DNA of 39,897 bases. Origin: Folioceros fuciformis. Taxonomy: Eukaryota. This document shows positions 22,001-34,600 of the stretch, piece after piece. Numbering within the stretch: the stretch's first letter is position 1; every line of letters begins with the position of its first letter. The position numbers were made by a program, and so were the translations under genes. The stretch covers positions 1 to 39,897 of the forward strand of contig JBNGIO010001946.1 in the NCBI GenBank assembly GCA_049999805.1, in the 5' to 3' direction. Below the pieces are notes generated by a model. That model was not told the DNA's origin, searched no databases, and saw only the letters and a program-made list of their open reading frames with translations.

Positions 22001-22948
22001 ACTACTTCCTCGAGTTCGAGATTTCACCCAGCCTCCATCCATCCACGAACGAGTTGCCAGGATATCACGGGAGGCTACCGAGGACCGAACGCTCGGACAA
22101 ACATGGGGAAGGCTTCCCGACCAACCACGCACCAACGTCACAGGGCTCGTCCACTAACCTAAAACTGACAGGTTGAAGAATTCGCTAGGGGAGGCTCTAC
22201 GGACAGAGGACAAAAGACACCCAGATTGAATGCCTGGCCACCCTAGACAGTGACTCCGACGGCACTCATTGTTATGTAAGACCTGTTTCAAGTACAGCTA
22301 AGATGCTTTGTCCTATAACATTTGAGAATGGATCCCACATTCATCTCCTCGTTCAGCGTGGGCAGACATTATACCCTAAGCGGAACAAGACAGCAGAGCA
22401 GGGCCAATGGCGCAGCAGCTAAAGTGGGCGGCGATCTTGCAAAAACTGTGGAAGAAACAGAGGAAAAGGGCCGCATTTACAGGCGAGCCATAAATTGAGT
22501 CCAAGAAGCAAGCTGTAGCGACCACATGATCCAAGTGGGCGTGCGTGGCAAGAGCAGAAACGCATTTGAAACTCAATTGAAGGCCACCATGGCGGCAGTC
22601 CAATGGTAGCCCCAGGCATCCTCCGCAGCCCGTGATGGAGAACCTAGAGGCCGACCCCTGCTGCGGCGCATTGGGAGCGACAACCCGACCCAGACCCATA
22701 CCCCGGGAGCAGCCCGGGTGACACATACCCGGCGCAGAAGATGCATTGGAGTCGTCATCGTCGTCGGTGTCCCAGTAAGCCGGAGAAGTTGAGGGAGGCG
22801 ACGGCTCTAGCTGCTCCCGCGAACGCCACTCTGCCACCGATTCCGCGGCGTGGAACTTGGAGGCGAGGGGCGGGCCGGGGTCGGAAGGCACGGGTGCGGG
22901 AGCGGGTGCGGGTGCGGCCGCATAGTCCCCGCGCGAATGGCTGGCCAT
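16075..22948 (-). CDS. MATH/TRAF-domain protein, homologue of Arabidopsis TRAF1a/TRAF1b (MUSE14/MUSE13)
   Basis: AEWRSREQ..PPSTSPAYWDTDDDDD, GPKPSDLYGKFTWKIENFSEISKRELRSNVFEVGGYKW|YILVYPQGCDVCNHLSLFLCVA, KKEHDWGWKKFMELSKV, RPFRCLDCQYRRELVRVYL, KEVTSTLVMDALYSG, EVAYREAVALSRQEELIREEE coiled coil, C-terminal FPHLDIINELLDED; multi-exon, ATG at 22948. Confidence 0.95.
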
Positions 22949-23360
22949 GGCGCCCACGCCCTAGCGGCCGTCGAAGAGGGTGGCGCTGCTGGCTGTGTGT
23001 GCCCAATTTGCGACCCGCAAGAAGACGTTGTGAGGTACGCCAGCCAGGCCTGGGTGCAGCTGCTCCCGATGCTGCTGCTGTTGATGCTCTCCTGCAGTGC
23101 TGCGCTCACTGGTCCGCCATGCCCTAGGCGCGGGCCAGACTCCAAATAGCCCACAGCGACATAGGCGAGGCGGCAGATCAGGCGGCGCAGGAGGCGGTGC
23201 AATGAGCAAGTTGCGCGGGAGGGGAGGCGTGAGCGCGGTCGGGCACGATGCCAACACACCTTATGCAAAACCAGGCACCCTGGCTGGCTCGCTGGAACCG
23301 GAATGGCTGCCTGCACCAGGCTCCAGGACAACGGGGGAAAGAGAGGCTTCCAACCAAGTC

Positions 23361-23456
23361 ACCAGGACCAGGACCGGGAGCGGGGGCGGGAGCGGGAGTG
23401 GAACCGGAACCCAGACCAGGACCAGGACCAGGACCAGGACAAACACCAGCACCAGG
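23361..23456. repeat. Hexamer microsatellite (ACCAGG/GCGGGA-type) in the predicted 5' leader of the TRAF gene
   Basis: Runs of ACCAGG interrupted by G-rich hexamer variants, keeping a 6 bp phase. Confidence 0.85.
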
Positions 23457-23556
23457 GTTCCCGCACTGCGCACCACACCACTGCACAGCACAGCCTGCCG
23501 ACTAACGACCCCTCCTTCCACACTCACGAATTTCACACCTTGTCCTTTGCGTTACG

Positions 23557-23564
23557 TATATATA
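23557..23564 (-). promoter_or_regulatory. Candidate TATA box of the TRAF gene
   Basis: TATATATA at the boundary between the GC-rich leader and the AT-rich intergenic block. Confidence 0.45.
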
Positions 23565-23989
23565 CTTTGCAATCACTCTGTAACTCTTATAATCCCGCTC
23601 TCTCTCTATTAAAAAACTATTTGTTCTTGTTTAGGACGTACATCGCATCTCTAGAAGTAGCTTAAACACTTACATGCTCCGTGCAAGTCGAATGTCAAGT
23701 ACCATCACACATTCTGTTCATGTCAAATATAATAAATTTTTCTATTATTTTATTACAACACCATCTAGATGCACAAAGTCTTCATGGGCTCTCAAGAGTT
23801 GAGCTTGAAGTAAGAACTTCAAAAGACTAATCTTCACAACTTAACAACATCTTGGTGGCTAAGGTGCCTTAGTGTGCATAGGACATTCTTTTGCCATATA
23901 TCTTCAACTCTTTGGGTTTGTAGCATGCTACATCCTGCTCCCTCGAGGTTGAGACTTGTAGCACAGTAAGTGAAAACATCACAAGCTAT

Positions 23990-24640
23990 GCAAAGCCCTC
24001 AACTTGCTAATCCTCATGCAATGAGAGACTTTTAAACTCCAATTTTTCAAACCTTCCATCACAACTCGCAAGCTTCATAAACATTATATCCCATGCTCAA
24101 AAATGTAGATAACCCATACGATTGAGAGTCCTTCTTACTTATGTAAACTTTAGTCTCACAAGATGCTGATGGGTGAGGGAAGGATATCTTAGCTTTGCAT
24201 TCAACACTTCAAACTCAAACAAATGTAAACTAAGATATCTAACTTCATTGTGTCCGTGCTCTGTGTTTACCACTTACTCAAATGGATATAAAAAAATCAT
24301 CACGAATATCAAGTCTAATAAGCTCCAAATTGTTGATGTCTCTATCATGACTTCAACCTTAATTATCTACATGAAGAAAATGCACCCTGCATATTTAGAT
24401 TACAATAATGATAATAGGAATAGATTTTTCTGAATTACATATGATCATTAATGCACTTCGAATGGGTACTCTAATACAAACTTTAACACCTACTTCCAGT
24501 ACATCATTAAGTTTTTATGGATGACACTCTTAGAGTCTGTGGACCATGAAAGTGTCAATACTAAGCTAACCAGCACGAAAGTTGGTTTCAATGATGGTAG
24601 AGAGATTAAGTAATCAACTAGATTAGAACATTTGGACAAG
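23990..24640 (+). mobile_element. Highly degenerate LINE (L1-like) reverse transcriptase fossil
   Basis: Broken frames give, in RT order, AKPSTC..(~RPISL), FINIISHAQ (~IIS..Q), LKWI, VFMDDTL at 24511-24531 (~FADDT) and VIN (~L.IN..KS). Many stops; AT-rich. Confidence 0.45.
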
Positions 24641-24834
24641 CTAATTATTTAAAAGGACCCGCTTCGCTTCCGGACAATGACAAGATAGGACATGGTGGTC
24701 AGTGTGTCTATGATAATGTATCTATCTCTAGCTTCTTCCTTATTGCAAGTAAGTGACTAATCAACCAAGCTTGGGCTAATCACACAACCAGCCTTCTTCA
24801 TTTATAGCATTATTTCACATGCATTTTTAATTAT

Positions 24835-24852
24835 TATATATATATATATATA
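24835..24852. repeat. (TA)9 microsatellite
   Basis: Direct read. Confidence 0.95.
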
Positions 24853-25845
24853 TTATAAAATCAAAATTAATGTACATACGAGAAAATTAGAAGCCCATAT
24901 TGCAATAAGAACTAGCAAAACATATGTAGATGCAACTGGATATACACTTTGGAACCCATTGAGGAGTCATATTTAAATAGATTTTAAGTAATAAATACTC
25001 TTATTTTTATTTAAATATAATGATAAATAATTCTATAAAATCAATGAACAAAGATTATACTATGTGCCCAAAATAAAGTTCTTTAAGGATTGATTGGATA
25101 TTTAGCAAAGCATGTCATGGGAAGTGAAATAATATTCATGTAAATTTTAATCCTATGCATCCTATCAATAAAAATCATGTAAATGCTACTTTCATACATT
25201 ATGAATTCCAAAAACTTATCAAGTGACAATTTTCTTTTCAATGTAAGAAAGTTGCCATGAGTTTCTTGTATTTCTTTCTTTCTCTTCTTCTTTATCCTGA
25301 TACACATACCACTTGAACATTTCATTGAATTTTATAAATACTCATATATAGAATTTTGGTGTAAAACATTTTATATAACAATAACAATAACAACATAGTG
25401 GGAGGAAGTGAAAGCCTCATAGTCAAGCTTCACATGAGATTTGAAGTAAAATGAGTAAAATACCTATTGCAACATTTTGTTACTCATGAGTGTGTGATAC
25501 ATGTCTTCTTGTTGAAAAGTGCAAACTTTTCATTAAGATAATCTAAAAAGTTCATGTCCATTGGAAATTCATCAATATAAAAATTAAATTGTGTAACACA
25601 TGCATCAAACCCCAAGCTTTCTTGAAAGAAGAAGACAAAGAAGAATAAACATTTGACATTGATCTTACTTGAAGAGTATAGTTTGAAGCATGAAAGAACT
25701 TACAATATTTAATGAAGAGCACATGAGCATAAGAAGCACTTCATGAGTTAGCATATTTAAACTCTAAAGTCCAAATGATGACTATGAAGTCCAAACACAT
25801 AAAAACTATGGATCATAAGAAAAGAACTCTTGATGTTCATGTGTT

Positions 25846-27696
25846 TTAGCTACCCAAAGCACTTATACTCACACTCACCACAAATCCAGGACAACCCAAA
25901 GTATGGTTGATGTATATTATTCTCTCTGTCTCTAATACTTGGATGCAATCTATGGGGTTTAAAGCAACATGTAAACCTAAAGGATAATAGAACCCTCTGT
26001 GTACAAAAATCTCTGTACTACACAATGACGAATTTTCTGCAAAATAATACAAAGAAAAGTGGGAGGTCAAAGGATCAAAAGCATAAGAGATGATCTTTCC
26101 ACACACAGCTTGTGGATAAGTTCTTGCAAGCTTCTTGGATAGAAGCATATTTATTTCACCATCAGGATTGAAAAGAGATTGCTCCACCATTGATCCTGTT
26201 TTATTAAGGAATGCTTTATACTCCCAACCAATCCAAGATTGAATGTGCTCGTCTGCAGCTGACAAGACCTCGTCAACTTTGTCCTTGCTTGTCCATGAAG
26301 TAGGCTTTAACTTTTCTTCACCATCATCTTTATCTGTCTTGACTCCTGAATGTGTGCCAAATTTTGAAGACCATTTTGACTTTCTGGCTAGATTGGCGAT
26401 GAAAAACTCTGTGAGCATAGCACCACATCCAAGTCTTCTACTTTCCTTTACACGCTCCGAGAAAGCTTGTATGGGGCTGAGATTAGGAGGACTATAATAA
26501 TGATAGCTCAGGACCGTGCGATTTCGAAAGTTGTTGCCTCCTGGAACGGTAGCAAAACCACAGGTTAAGTCATCAAATGTGATTGTTTCAATGAAAAGGA
26601 TTCGGCCCGGATCCATAGATCGCACTGCTGTCTGCAACTTGTCGTAAAATTTTGCCAAATTTCTGTGATCAGCCACCCCTGGAAGTAATAAAGATGGATG
26701 TCTGAAAAAATTACCTGGCCATGGCTCATTGATAAGCTCATAGCCTAGTACCCCAGCTTGGTCATGAAAAGCATAAGCTACAGTTTTCCAGTACCGGGCT
26801 AAAAGATCACTCCATCCCCAACGATTTTCGTATAAATCTTGGAATGCCCTTGATACTGCATATGAGAAATAGTACCAAAACCAGTTATGCTTACCACATT
26901 GCTCTGGATGTCTCTCTTTTCCATCACCTTCAAATTCATCAATTGGCCATCTTGCGCTTAAAGGCTCTGGAAATGTCTGTGCATATGGGATTAACTTCCC
27001 ATCCAGAGTACTTTCTTCCATTTCCCCTTGACCAACCATCTCCAAAATAGTTTCATTGTTTGCCAACCCCTCCTCCTCCTGTTTGTGAAAAGATGTCTCC
27101 CTGTCTAATACCCAGCCGGGTACACCTTCACCACAAAACTCAGAGGTAAAGAGATCTTGGTGGAATTCAAGCAATGAATAAATTCCAGCCTTGTGAAGCT
27201 TTTCAACAATAGACCTCATGATATCCAAATATGTAGAGTTAAATTGTCCTCGAACAGGTTCGACTCCAGGCCACATGATAGCTAATCTCACAACATTCAT
27301 ACCCCATTGCTTCAACAAAGCAATGTCTGTGTCACAAAATGACATTTGTGGATCAAATTGTTCAATGTGAGGGTGCCACGGACATCCTTTCATCACAACA
27401 TTGAGGCCATGAAAAATCCGCTCCCTTCCCAATTTATCACGAATCTGCCCCACTTCACCCACATGAAATTCTGGCACAAGTGTGCCTACAACATTCAAGT
27501 GGTTTAAAAGCACCATAAACCCTAAAACAATCCCAAACTCTACAAAGACAAAGTTTGCCCTACCGTAAACCTCACATCGTGCAAGCTTCTTCAAAAGCAA
27601 TATCTCTGCGCTCATGAAATCGAACATTGTGTACCATATCATGAACATTGAGAATGACAACAAAATCCCCTGCTTTGTTGAAACTTGGATTATCAT
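25846..27696 (-). CDS. Glycoside hydrolase family 5 endoglycoceramidase-like protein (GH5_27-like) with C-terminal GH5_C domain; intronless
   Basis: GRERIFHGLNVVMK, WGMNVVRL.IMWPGVEP.RGQFNSTYL, FHQD..EFCGEGVPGW, acid/base YELINEPW, SYHYY, nucleophile MLTEF, WIGWEYK, LARTYPQAVCG. Hydrophobic N-terminal segment. First ATG at 27696; the ATG at 27615 (MSAE) is an alternative. Confidence 0.9.
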   Translation of the reverse strand: MIIQVSTKQGILLSFSMFMIWYTMFDFMSAEILLLKKLARCEVYGRANFVFVEFGIVLGFMVLLNHLNVVGTLVPEFHVGEVGQIRDKLGRERIFHGLNVVMKGCPWHPHIEQFDPQMSFCDTDIALLKQWGMNVVRLAIMWPGVEPVRGQFNSTYLDIMRSIVEKLHKAGIYSLLEFHQDLFTSEFCGEGVPGWVLDRETSFHKQEEEGLANNETILEMVGQGEMEESTLDGKLIPYAQTFPEPLSARWPIDEFEGDGKERHPEQCGKHNWFWYYFSYAVSRAFQDLYENRWGWSDLLARYWKTVAYAFHDQAGVLGYELINEPWPGNFFRHPSLLLPGVADHRNLAKFYDKLQTAVRSMDPGRILFIETITFDDLTCGFATVPGGNNFRNRTVLSYHYYSPPNLSPIQAFSERVKESRRLGCGAMLTEFFIANLARKSKWSSKFGTHSGVKTDKDDGEEKLKPTSWTSKDKVDEVLSAADEHIQSWIGWEYKAFLNKTGSMVEQSLFNPDGEINMLLSKKLARTYPQAVCGKIISYAFDPLTSHFSLYYFAENSSLCSTEIFVHRGFYYPLGLHVALNPIDCIQVLETERIIYINHTLGCPGFVVSVSISALGS

Positions 27697-27979
27697 CCAA
27701 GTTTCCACGCTACAGAATTACGCGAGAGACTTCATCCCAAACGTACACTAAAGAACATCTTGCTTTGTCATCATCTACCAGCATAAAGTAACTGCAAATT
27801 GAACGGTGGCCTCCAGCCAGATATACTTTCAAAAGAAGAGCATATGACTCCAACATAACTACGGATCGGTGCAAGCTAGAACGCACCGGGACCTACTCCG
27901 AAGATCCATGTCTTCGTCTAGCACGAAGTCCAGACGTCCATACTTCGGACTTGGCTAGATCGAGAGACGACGAAAAAAA

Positions 27980-27996
27980 GGGGGGGGGGGGGGGGG
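27980..27996 (+). repeat. G17 homopolymer preceded by A7, between the divergent GH5 and myosin genes
   Basis: Direct read. Confidence 0.9.
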
Positions 27997-28606
27997 CGTA
28001 CAGGGGCTCACACCAACCCAAAACCTAAAGAACGGGAGGCGTGGGTTTTTTGGGTGCGGCAAGGTGAGGGGAGGCCAACCCCCCGAGGCATGCAAAATGT
28101 ACGGAATTTATGCATAACTGAGCAATGTTGGCCAAGGTAGAAATTTTGAAAAAGGGAGGTGAGAATTCCCTCTCACGTTTGAACTTGGGGTACCCTGGTG
28201 CGGTGACGCCATGATGGTGATGTCCGTCCTTTAGGGCTGTTTGTGGCAGACACAGAAAGTTGTGTTTGTGGGCTGGCTGTGGGACTGTGTAAAAACTCAC
28301 AGTCCGAGTCTGCGTGTTGGACTGTGATGGAGTGATGAGTAGTGCGTGCTCTCAGCTGTGCCCGGAAATGCCACTTGCATCCGCATCCGTGAGCCTCACG
28401 CTGCGCCACTCCAATTTGTGAAATCAATTTGCACCGACCAGCAGTTCTGTCCGGACTCACTACGCCAGCTGGAGGCAACCACCAAGCCGCTGCAGCGCCC
28501 ATGGATGTCTAGGCTGCCGCTTGCTGTGTGGCACCAGAGATCCCAAGAACTGAGCCTCAAAATTCAGACTGTGGGAAGAAGATCAAGGGTGGCTCGGAAG
28601 CTCTGA

Positions 28607-31600
28607 ATGGTACCCGCTCGCTTGCAGACGGTGATTCATTCCTGGCGGGCACCGGTCCAGAGGCGCCTTGCTAATTCCGCGGATCTCTACTTGTGCGCCC
28701 ACTTGGACTGGATGAATTCCTAGCCCGCTCCGGAGATCCATGTGACTGGCGTCAGTACCAGGATCTGACGGTCAGCTGTGGGCGGGAGTCTGTGCTGAAG
28801 CTCACATGCACAGTTGACTCTGATGCAGGGTCCGAGCACCAATATCTTAGTAGGCTCTCAGGTCTGGGTCGAGGACAATGAGAAGGCCTGGGTGGACGCT
28901 GAGGTTGTCGAAATTGTCGGCAACCAAATCAAAGCTCGCACCAGAGATGGAAAAACGGTGATGCCCACTTCCTGGATCCTTGCGCAGGCTGATTTCCCTG
29001 CTTTCTTTGGGTCTGTTGAGCTGCACGGTGTTGTGTTTTGGCTCTGGACTTCGGTGGTCCGGGCGGTGCTTTCGTGGGGATCTTATTTCTGGCCCAACCT
29101 TGCCTTGTGTGTGATTCTGAGGTTTGAATTTCATTTTTGCCTCAGGTTGTCTCGGCTGCAACCAATGTGCATGCCAAGGATGTGGATGCACAACGGGGCG
29201 GGGTTGACGACATGACCAAGCTTGCCTACCTGCATGAGCCGGGCGTCCTCTACAATCTCGCGAGTAGATATGAGCTCGATGAAATATATGTGAGTGTGTA
29301 GTTAGCTCAAATGGAGGTTAGCACCCAGTGTGTGAGGTTTCCATCTTCCTGGAAGGTGAGCACATGTTCTGCTGCCTGGTTGTGTTCATTTTGTTTTCTC
29401 TAAGCCACGGTTGTGCTGTGCTGCAGACATATACCGGGAACATTTTGATAGCCGTCAACCCCTTTCAAAAGCTCCCACATCTGTATGATGCTCACATGAT
29501 GGAACAATACAAAGGAGTAGCTCTGGGAGAATTGAGTCCTCACGTCTTTGCCGTAGCAGATGCCTCCTACCGGTGTGTGCACATGACTTGGAACAGCTTT
29601 CTTGTGCAGTTCTTGTGTATGATTCACGCCGGGGCTAAGGTGGCATAATTTTGTAGGGCAATGATTGATGAAGGAAAGAGCCAGTCAATATTGGTGAGTG
29701 GGGAAAGTGGAGCAGGAAAAACCGAAACCACAAAATTGATTATGCAATACCTAGCATACATGGGGGGTCGTGCTGCAACTGATGGCCGAACAGTTGAGCA
29801 GCAGGTTCTTGAGGTACTGTGTAACTCCCTAGCTATCCCCTTGAGTCTTGAAGGCATGAAATTTCTGCTCAGTCCTCCTAATGATTCCTAAGCTTCGTGG
29901 TTTGCCTCTTCTGATGTTGTTTTACCACTCGTTGCACACAGTCAAACCCGTTGCTGGAGGCTTTTGGAAATGCAAAAACGGTTCGGAATGACAACTCCAG
30001 GTACTTTCTCCTGTCGAGTGTGAGGACAAGTAGGCACTCAAATCTTTCTTCGCAAGAAGACCGGTGTTGTGCTGGTTTCTAACATTTTCCCTTTACCCGT
30101 TACTTCCCGTTTGTATCTCAGTCGGTTTGGCAAGTTTGTCGAAATCCAGTTTGACCGGAGTGGAAGGATATCAGGAGCCGCTGTCAGGACATATCTACTG
30201 GAGAGATCCCGGGTCGTACAGATCGCAGACCCAGAGAGAAACTATCACTGCTTCTATCAACTGTGTGCGTCCCCTGAGGTAACACAATGCCACAAGGTGC
30301 TGGAACCAGAGCGTTGCCGCATGTGGTTGCAGGCAAACGACCTTTTGCACAATGTTATGTGCCTGTAACGGGCTGGTATCGCTCTAAAAGTCTGCTGACA
30401 ATGGTGTAGGATGCTGAGAAATACAAGCTGGGGGATGCCAAGTCTTTTCACTATCTTAATCAAAGTAACTGCTACGAGTTGAACAATGTTAACAATGCAC
30501 GTGAATATGCTAATACTAGGAGGGCTATGGATGTTGTGGGAATCAGCCTTGATGAACAGGTTTGTCTCTACATGTGTGCATACTTGGACCTTTGTCAACA
30601 AAGTCCCTTTGCATGGTGTTTTGGGCCCACGAATGAGGCCACTCAGAATTTAACTTCGGATGCTGCATTGTAGGAGGCCATCTTCCGAGTTGTAGCTTCT
30701 ATTTTGCACCTGGGCAATATCAAGTTCAGTCCAGGGAAGGAGGCAGATTCTTCCAAACTTCATGATGCTCAATCGGAATTCCACCTTAAAGCTGCTGCAG
30801 AGTTGCTGATGTAAGACATGTTTTTTCCTCTCTTCTATTCTATGCATATCGCTTACACTTCCCCAAATTCAGAAACTATGTTTCATGTGTCGTAGGTGTG
30901 ATGAGCAAGGCTTATTAGATTCACTTACAACTCGAACCATTAAGAGTGTGAATGAGTTAATTACCAAGACATTGGACCCTGACGCAGCAACTATCAACCG
31001 TGACACTCTGGCAAAGACTGTCTACTCCAGGCTATTTGATTGGTCTATCTATCAAACCTTGGCCTTTTGGAATTTCTTGTTTTCCTTCTGATTGAAACTC
31101 TTTGATCTCAATAGAGTTTGCAGGCTGCTGTAATTGATAGAGTCTTTGCAACTCACATTGTTGTCTCTGTCGTGTGAATTGCAGGCTTGTTGATAAGGTA
31201 AACAATTCTATTGGGCAGGACTCTGATTCCAGCACCTTGGTTGGTGTTTTGGATATTTATGGCTTTGAAAGCTTCAAGAGCAACAGGTGATGTCATCTAC
31301 TCATTTTGTCCCTAAAACTTAGGAATGTGCGTTTTGGTGGACGTCATAAGGGTGTGTAGCTCAACAGGTTCCCTTGACTGGTTATGTAAGCTTCTGATTG
31401 TAATTGCTGCCACAGCTTTGAGCAATTCTGTATCAACCTGGCGAATGAAAAGCTGCAGCAGCATTTCAACCAGGTATGTTTTGCAAGGACGTGCATTCAA
31501 CATGTCATCCTCGTTTGGTATTGCCATTCCCTCTGAAGGTTGATCAAGAGAACTGTGTTTTGTGTTTCTGCAGCATGTGTTCAAGATGGAGCAAGAGGAG

Positions 31601-34600
31601 TATGAAAAGGAAGCTATCAATTGGAGTTATATAGAGTTCGTTGACAATCAGGATATCTTAGACCTTGTCGAAAGGGTGGGGTGGCCAGGCATTCATGTTG
31701 TTGTTGTGCTTGTGCTGAGCCTGGGTTGTGATCGCTGGTTGGCATGTTGACATATTGTTTGCTGCCCTACTCAAATCAAACAGATGTTCAACTGGCTGGG
31801 TTTGGAGGCAGCTGTGAACTGAAGCTTAAGAGTGCTTGTGCTCTGTTGCACCTGTGTTGAGAGGAAATATGCCAACAATTTGCCAGTGACCCATTTCTAT
31901 TTGCCTGCTCATTTTGGTGGTCGGTTGCTGTGGCACAAACTTTTCAGAAGCCTGGAGGGATTATTGCACTTCTGGATGAAGCTTGGTAAGCCCACGGGTT
32001 AGCTTCCTGCACATGTTTAATATGAGATGATTAGGCTATTGGTTTAGCCTGGACATTCCTATGTCAGCTGTCATTTGGCCTGGGAAAGCTTTCACTTATT
32101 AGTTGTGAAACGTGTGCAGCATGTTTCCAAAGTCGACGAATGAAACATTTGCCACCAAATTGTTTCAAATGTTTAGAAACCACAAACGCTTTAGTAAACC
32201 AAAGCTTGCAAGGACTGACTTCACTATCAGCCATTATGCCGGAGATGTAAGCCTCATCTCTTGCAAAACTAGGTGTTGTTGGATGTGTAGCTTCCTGACA
32301 CGTTATTTGTGTGCAGGTCACATACCAAACAGAATTATTCTTGGAAAAGAACAAAGACTATGTTGTTGCAGAGCACCAAAACTTGTTAGGCTCATCAATG
32401 TGCCCTTTTGTTGCAAGCCTGTTCCCTGCGTCAACTGATGATTCCCGATCATCATACAAGTTTTCTTCAATTGGCACTCGTTTTAAGGTTACCAAATGTA
32501 ACTTGTACTCTGTAGCGCTTGAGAGAGTCCCTCTGCATCCCGCTTGGCTGATAAAGTGCTTGTGACTTTGTTGAAACAGCAACAATTGCAGCAACTGATG
32601 GACACGCTGAACCAGACAGAACCACACTATGTACGCTGTGTCAAGCCAAACATGTACAACAAACCTGGACGTTTTGAGAACAACAATGTGCTGCAACAGC
32701 TTCGTTGCGGGGTAAGTTAGTTTTGTTGCTTGAAGCCAAGCAGGAAACGTTTATGTTTAGTTCCCCTAGTTTCCATCCTTCATACCGCAACCCTCAAGTC
32801 AAAGGCGTTGATATGGATTGCAGAAAGTTTTTATCTCTAAATGCCCCTAGTGTTTGGCGTGTTGTGCAGGGTGTTCTTGAAGCTGTGAGAATCAGCTGTG
32901 CTGGATATCCAACTAGAAGAACTTTTGATGACTTTCTTGATCGTTTCAGCTTATTGGCACCTGAGGTTCTGGAGGGAAAGTAAGTTCCTGCACCAGTTTG
33001 TATTTATTTGATTCGTGTCCAGAAACTCTTGCACAACCACTGCATTGTAGAGCACACTGGATTGTGAAATGGACTGCACTTCATCAGACTGCTGCAGAGC
33101 ACCAGTCTGGTACATTTATTTCCAGGCTTTTCGTTGTATCTATAATTCTCTGTTGTTGGGCAGTTATGATGAGAAAGCGGCAACAGAAAAGCTTCTCAAG
33201 AAAATGGGTCTCAGTAACTTCCAGGTAAGCTCAAGCATCTGTGATCCTTCTCGTTGATGAGGGTACCAGTGGTTCTCTCGATGCATAGGTGGGTGACCTT
33301 GGCTGCTTGTTATGGTAGTTTCGGTTTTAGCTGAATTTTGCGAATTTGCAGGTGGGAAAAACCAAGGTCTTCCTTAGAGCTGGTCAAATGGCAGAACTTG
33401 ACTCAAAGAGAGCAGAATTGTTAAATAATGCTGCAAGAGTAATCCAGCGACGCGTCCGCACGTTTCTTGCACAAAGGAATTTTGTTGCCATGCGAAAGGC
33501 TGCCATTTGTATCCAGGCTCACTGGCGAGGTAAAGGAAATGTGCTGAATGTGTTTGCAATCCTGGACTGGTGTAGGGAAACTTTAGCATGATTTACGTAA
33601 TTTGTTTTGAGTGCATGCAGGCAGACTTGCCAGAAAGCAGTATGAGAACATGCGGAAGGAGGCAGCAGCTGTCTGCATTCAAAAGAATGTTCGGATGTGG
33701 CAAGCACGTAATGCTTACAAGAAAATGCGGAAGGCAGCAATTGTCATCCAGGCAGGCGTGCGTGGGATGTTTGCTCGTAAGGAATATCGGCTGCGAAGGC
33801 AAACAAAGGCTGCGATCGTTATTCAGGTGTGAACCTGCTTCGAGAATCGTTTGTTCCGGTCTTCAAAGTTGTGGAAATGTTATTTATGGTTTCCCTTTTG
33901 CTTTCAGAAACACTGGCGTGGCTACAGGGAACGTTCGTATTACAAGAAGTTACAGAAAGCTGCTATTACATTCCAGAAACACTGGCGTGGAAGGGCTGCC
34001 AGGAAGGAGCTCAAAAAGCTTAAAATGGTATGTTCATTTAGCTTTATTGTTGGGCATTGTATGGTTTTCTTCAATATTGCCTTTTGTAATTCTCTGTGAA
34101 TTCTGTTTAGGCTGCAAAAGAGACGGGTGCATTGCAAGAAGCGAAGACCAAGCTTGAGAAGCGGTGTGAAGAGCTCACTTGGCGCCTGCAACTTGAGAAG
34201 CGCATGCGGGTACTGGATTATTATTAATATTTTTCCTAGTCCCCACGTAAACCTTAAGCATGCCATGACATTGCTTCAGGTGAATGTAAGCCAATTTCTG
34301 ATTCTGTATGTTCTGGCATGTAGACTGATGCGGAAGATGCCAAAGCACAAGACATCTCTAGACTTCAACTATCGATGCAAGAGCTGCATGCAGAACTTGA
34401 AGCAACGAAGTTGTCCCTCATCAAGGAAAGGGAGACAGCGAAACAGGTGGTAGTCCCTGTCCCCAAGGACGTGCCTGTTGTAATAGAGAATGGTCCAAAG
34501 ATGGAGAAGCTGTCACAGGAGAATGAGAAGCTGAAGGTAAATAGTCTCAATGGTTGTAGAACGGTCGTGCCATAGGCTCCTGCCAATGCGGCTTCAAGTC

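Noticed and set aside
22741-23665. Many overlapping 80-170 aa ORFs with PG/TR/DQ/VL repeats
   Set aside because: By-products of a GC-rich, stop-poor leader with hexamer repeats.
25846-27708. GH5 gene as bacterial contamination
   Set aside because: Contiguous with intron-containing plant genes, no operon context, and motifs resemble eukaryotic EGCases. Long reads should still confirm the junctions.
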